Translations under genes and position numbers: made by a program | Shown here: positions 55,596 through 64,000 of the stretch, in pieces | How positions within the stretch are numbered: position 1 is the stretch's first letter | Layout: the number at the start of each line of letters is the position of its first letter | From: Eledone cirrhosa | Taxonomy: Eukaryota | Length of the DNA stretch: 64,000 nt | Direction: 5' to 3' | Assembly (NCBI GenBank): GCA_964016885.1 | Contig: OZ024740.1 | Coordinates: forward strand, 400,768,001 to 400,832,000 | Notes under the pieces: model-generated | What the model was told of the DNA's origin: nothing | The model's database searches: none | Seen by the model: the letters and a program-made list of their open reading frames with translations, nothing else

Positions 55596-55945
55596 TCCCA
55601 CGTAGACATTTTACTCACCAAATGCGTGATAAAAGCCAACTTCATGTGATAATGTCTCCACACATGACATGAAATATATTGACATTAACATCAATGACAT
55701 CAATGTTATTAACAACACATTCTATTTTAGGCCCAAGGTCGATGCAATTGCTTGACTACCAATCAAACACTTGCATCGATATATTGATTTTCTCATTCTC
55801 TCAAAACCTGATCTTGGGACTAAAATAGAATTTATCATTAGTATTATTGATGTTAATGTCAATATTTTTGATGTCATGTGTACAGATATCATCACATGAA
55901 GATGGAATTTATCACGCATTTGGTGAATAAAATGTCTACGTGGGA
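55596..55945. repeat. MITE-like inverted repeat (~100-bp arms, ~150-bp spacer)
   Basis: 55596-55695 versus 55846-55945. Confidence 0.8.
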
Positions 55946-56875
55946 TTATTAAAAATATGTTTCCCTATGATTTAACGCTTCTGCGAATCTAAAGCCGTTA
56001 TAATAACAACAACAATTCCCAATTAAAGCAAAAGACCAGTAAATTGAGGGTACGGTAAACACCCACTTACTTTTAACGACAGTGAAATGATGAAAATCGA
56101 AGTTGACGTCAGCAGGATTTGAACTCAGAACATAAAAAACAGTAACTACACAGTAACGACACTAAACTCTTTGTCCGACTCTTTTAAAGATACTGCCAGC
56201 CCACCAATCTTATCATAATAATAATACTAGCGTCAATATAGTGAATTATTGCAGGTTTGTCTTTGTTTATCAATTGGAAATTATGGTTAAACAAATATAA
56301 AAGCTAAATAATGCCAGACACGAGCGTGAATTTCGATGCTACATAGATAATCTTTACAGACAATATATATGTGTGTATGCGTGCGTGTGCATGTATGTGC
56401 ATTACTGTAAAAAATTGACATCAGAACACATGCATATGAGTGAGTTTTGCTTTGGTTGTGCATAAGCCCGTATATTTTATTGAGGTATGTTATTACAACC
56501 AGTTTTCAGGTCTCTGCATATTCTCTGCAAATTAAACATTGCCGAATGCGTTTCGTCGGAAGGTCGTTCACGGGTGAAATTGTTGGAGCTAAACATGTTA
56601 TATTATATATTCTCCCCATCTGTACAAGTATTTGTCTTAGTAGAAGTCACATGCCAAATTCATTAACTTATAACATGCGGGGAGACTTAAGGTTATTATG
56701 CTTTATAAATAGAAAATAAATAAATCTATATGTATTTTATTATTCTTTTCTTCAGGGAGAGGGTGTTTCAAGTTAAGTATATATAAGAAACAGAGAAAAA
56801 TTAGATTCTAGTAGGTTTTGTATTTTCTTGAACACACACATGCACGCACACAATCATACACACACACACACACGT

Positions 56876-56981
<106 letters not shown>

Positions 56982-57260
56982 GATATACATTTCTTGACTT
57001 TTCCCCTCTGAGCACAATTTATTACGAATGCACACACTTATTCGTTTAAGACATTTGTACATAAATGCTTCTTATTCTGTAATTTTCCACGTTTACATTT
57101 CATAGAAAAATAAGAATAACAATGCAAGAAAATATCACTTGTAACAAATGTAGGCTTGTTTGTCCTGAAATATGGAAACTATTAGGTGAAGCCATGTGAA
57201 AAATCGCCTTATTTCTTGTGTTTATATATCTAATAACACCTCACCTTTTCTTAATATACA

Positions 57261-57378
<118 letters not shown>

Positions 57379-57790
57379 CTAATAATAAATGTGAATACTA
57401 ACATCCGAAGAGGGCTCGATAAGGATTATATATATATATATAAAATATATTAAGGGTCAAAGCAACGATTCTTTGCTTGAACTTTAATCTGTTCTTATAA
57501 TATATATATATAAATATATATATATTTTTAAATAAGACTCTAGTTGCATTTTCGATTTCATCTTTTTTTCTTTATACTTTCATTCGTGTAGGACACCTCG
57601 GTTATTTTTCATTTATAAAAAAACCTCACTTTCTAATATATATATATATATATATATATGTATATTTCAGAAGATCCCGTTAAGGGTCAAAGCAGCGATT
57701 CTTTGCTTAATCTTTAATCTGTTATTTTAATTAATAAATATATATATATATATATAGGATCGTGCGTGTGTGTGTGGGTGTGTGTGTGTA

Positions 57791-57839
<49 letters not shown>

Positions 57840-57845
<6 letters not shown>

Positions 57846-58646
57846 AGTATTATACGTACATACATATATGTATACAGACGTACAGTAGTATGTATATACA
57901 TACATGCACACATATATATATGTACGTATGGGTTTAATGAACATTTATTATATTGCTTGGTTTGTTTGTAAACAAACAACCCGAATTAAGCCGTACAGTG
58001 TTCGGCAACCATCGTTGCCCTTTTGTTTAACACTGACAAAGAACGATGAACTAGTTTCTAGCTTATTAGCTGTCATCAGCACCGTATACCTTCCTTTCAG
58101 TCGATTCAACATTTGAAAGTATATACTTTCCTTATGCATATTAACGGCTGAGCAGCCTAATTTGCATATCGAATGAGTTAGTCGGCCGGGTGTACCGAAA
58201 CCGATAAATGGAAAAAATTAAATTTCATTTCTCGCTCTTAGTACGGCTGATACTTAAATATAAGTATGTATACGTACATACATATATGTATACAGACGTA
58301 CAGTAGTATGCATATACCTACACACATACACACATATATATATGTACGTATAGGTTTACCGAATATTTATTATAATGCTCGGTTTGTTTGTCAGTGTTGA
58401 ACAGTGTTGAACAAAAGGGCAACGATGGTTGCCGAACACTGTACGGCTTAATTTGGGCTGTTTGTTTACAAACAAACCGAGCATTATAATAAATGTTCGG
58501 TAAACCCATACGTACATATATATATGTGTGCATGTATGTATGTATATACATACTACTGTACGTCTGTTTACAAATATGTATATGTACGTATACATACTTA
58601 TTTAAGTATCAGCCTTACTAAGAGTGAGAAATGAAATTTCATTTTT

Positions 58647-58650
<4 letters not shown>
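57840..58650 (-). mobile_element. non-coding retrozyme-like/PLE-derived element (417-bp period partial tandem plus inverted arm)
   Basis: 57840-57975 is repeated at 58257-58391; 58392-58650 is an inverted copy; a hammerhead lies inside. Confidence 0.75.
58044..58084 (-). ncRNA. minimal type I hammerhead ribozyme motif
   Basis: CGGTG-CTGATGA-CAGCT-AATA-AGCTA-GAAA-CTAG-TT-CATCG; 5-bp stem I and palindromic CTAG loop III. Confidence 0.8.
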
Positions 58651-58740
<90 letters not shown>

Positions 58741-59153
58741 TAAATATGTACACATTCTACACGCAGAAATACGCGAGCATTGCAAAGGTTTCTCTGTGGC
58801 TGCTTTATGTGCTAGAAATAACAATAACATTTCAAACACACACATATTGGATGATGTAATCATGTGGGTACACTAGTAAACAGGGTCAGTAGGGCTGAAA
58901 CGTTTTGATTGTATGATTGACTGATTAAGACAGACTTAGGTTAAGTAAAACCAACGCAATTACATACATATAAATGTATTTTACTGGATGAACAGTTAGA
59001 AAAGAATAGATTGTCATAAGGAATTCATTTTTTTTCTCAATGTATATAATTACATATATATACACACACATACATCCATACACGCATGCATATTAATATA
59101 CGCATATACACAGACATACATACATCTATACATGCAAACACATAAATAAGAAC

Positions 59154-61663
<2,510 letters not shown>

Positions 61664-61954
61664 TACATACATATATACATAAATATATATATATATACAT
61701 ATATACACACATATATACACATATATACATATATATACATATACATATACATATATATATACATATATACACATATATATATATACATATATATATACAT
61801 ATATACATATTCACATATATACATACATATATATATACACATATACATATATATATATGCCCATATATACATACATATATATATACAGATATATACACAC
61901 ATATATATATATACACACATATATACATACATACATATATATATACATATATAC

Positions 61955-61985
<31 letters not shown>

Positions 61986-62097
61986 CATATATACATATAT
62001 ATACATATATATACACATATATACATACATACGTATATATACATACATATATATATACATACATATATATATACATACATATATACATACATATATA

Positions 62098-64000
62098 AGT
62101 TGTAGAACACCTGTTTATATGAATGATACATAAACTTTAACATATAAATACAGCGTTATTATATTATATTACATTCATAAAGAAATATACGAAGTAACGG
62201 TTCTTTTTGTTCTCGATTCAAACGATTCAAGAACAACGTTTAAAACACAGTTGTAGAATTATAAACTAACTGAAAAGAAATATTACCCAAGCTGTGAATA
62301 ACTTTAAATTTGATTCTGACAGAACATTGTCGAAACTTTTAAAGAAGATCATCGACTATTTTGAAAAATAAATACGAAATATTAGTGAATAGACGAACTC
62401 ATCATGGCAAAAAGTACAAGTCTCCTTCGACCAAATCGCAACTACAACCGTTGTATACAGTGGAGCTACGAGCTTAACAAAGTATTATATGAAGCATACA
62501 AATAATCTGAACCCCAAAAGTTCGGTTTTATTCAAAGGCTAAAAACTTTATGGAACTCCAAACACCCAGAATTAGACTTTTCTCCAAAGCATTTAAATGA
62601 ACAGGCAAAACGTATCATTAGATGTAAATTGATACATCTAACGGAATTGAGTGATACTACAAATACAGCCCTTGTAGACAACCACCCCACCTCCACTGAC
62701 TGACAAAGAGAATGGCCAGCTAAATCTAACAGTGAACAGCTCACCAACAATTTTGCTGAAAACCATCCCACTTCCACTGAAGAACAGCGAGAAAGGTCAG
62801 CTAACTCTAGTAGTAATTGTCACCACATCAACAACGAGGCTGAAATTCATGACTCTACTGAACAAACAGAACACCAAAAACTTGTGGACACCCTACAAGT
62901 GATATGGAACGATATGTTTCAAGAGATATACAGCCTTAATGTGAGTGACAGACCATACAACACCAGAATCAGTAAAGAACCCACTAAATTGGAATTGGAA
63001 GCGGTGAACGAAATAGCTGGCAATTATCTGAAGGCTATACGATCTAAAGGTGTAGAAACGACATTTGAAACGCTTAATATTTTGTTATATGTTTCAGCTG
63101 TCACATTGCTATCATATAACACACATCTAAAACCACGCAATCAAGATACAAACAGAAAGCCTGAACCAGCGTGGATACGAAATTTAAAAAGCAAAATTTT
63201 GTCCCTGAGACGAAGTATCTCACACATCGCAGTCGTTATGAAATGCAACATAGAAAGCAACTTCACACGACACCAGGAAGACCTAAAGAAAAAGTTAGAA
63301 AGACGATTTGGAGATACAAAATTTAAAACTTTGAACTCCAAATTACACCAGTTGAAACAACAACTCACAGCTACAACAGAAAGACTAAAATATAAGTCAA
63401 CAGCACATAAACGACAAGTGCTAAATAGATTGTTTGCCAGAGATCCTAAATCAGTTTATCGCAGCTTCGGTGGCAAAAGCTCAATCCCTGTAAATGACAC
63501 CCCTTCAAAAGAACAGGTTGAGAGCTACTGGAGATCTGTATGGGAAACGGATGACGGATTCAACAGACAAACTAATTGGCTAAAAGAACTGGAACAGGAC
63601 TACTGCCAATATGTCCAGACAAAACAATATGACATAGATGGATCAATACTGGAAACAGCTCTACAGAAAATGTCGAATAGGAAATCGCCAGGCCCAGACC
63701 TCATTACGGGATACTGGTTGAAGAATTTCACTTTCTATCGGCAAGATCTCATACGGCTGTTTACAGAAACCATTAAAGGCACACAAGAACTGCCCAGATG
63801 GTTATCAACTGCCACTACACTCCTCATTCCCCAAAATAGCCAAACCACCCTTGCTAAAAATTACCGCCCAATAGCCTGCCAAAACATCATGTATAAATTA
63901 TATACTGGGTGCCTTAACCTGTTCTTACAGGATCACTGTGCTACCAACAACATCATAACACCTGAGCAAGCTGGTGGAACGAGGGAGGTGTGGGGTTGCA
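62098..64000 (+). mobile_element. R4/Dong-clade non-LTR retrotransposon, 5' part (runs off the window)
   Basis: Starts after a long TA-rich microsatellite; ORF from ATG 62404. Confidence 0.88.
62404..64000 (+). pseudogene. R4/Dong-type ORF (N-terminal domain and start of RT), two premature stops
   Basis: Manual translation: WSYELN...QRLKTLW..., EPAWIRNL, NRLFARDPKSVY, KSPGPDLITGYWLK, TTLLIP, NYRPIACQNIMYK, EQAGG; stops at 62503 and 62701, then open from 62704 to the end. Confidence 0.9.

Overview
AT-rich, microsatellite-saturated eukaryotic DNA. The SINE and LINE repertoire looks cephalopod (Octopus-like), which is an inference from recognised repeat motifs. No host protein-coding gene can be supported, and nearly all ORFs in the track are translations of simple repeats. 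The window holds many mobile elements: tRNA-derived SINEs, RTE, R4/Dong, CRE and L1/Tx1-like LINE fragments, a hAT element with TIRs and an 8-bp TSD, a mariner remnant, and Penelope-like elements (PLEs). The most striking pattern is a set of unrelated fold-back insertions, all sitting in (TA)n tracts, that share one asymmetric architecture: an arm with a short unique 3' tail plus an inverted arm that stops short of that tail. Sizes range from ~100-bp hairpins to a spacerless 3.6-kb palindrome. Most carry minimal type I hammerhead ribozyme motifs, and one looks like a non-coding ~417-nt retrozyme-like unit. Three mini-hairpins appear to fold back exactly at a hammerhead stem II. An RTE LINE with twin-priming-type 5' inversion and a tandemly amplified bipartite RTE-derived element are also present. 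All alignments and folds were done by eye.
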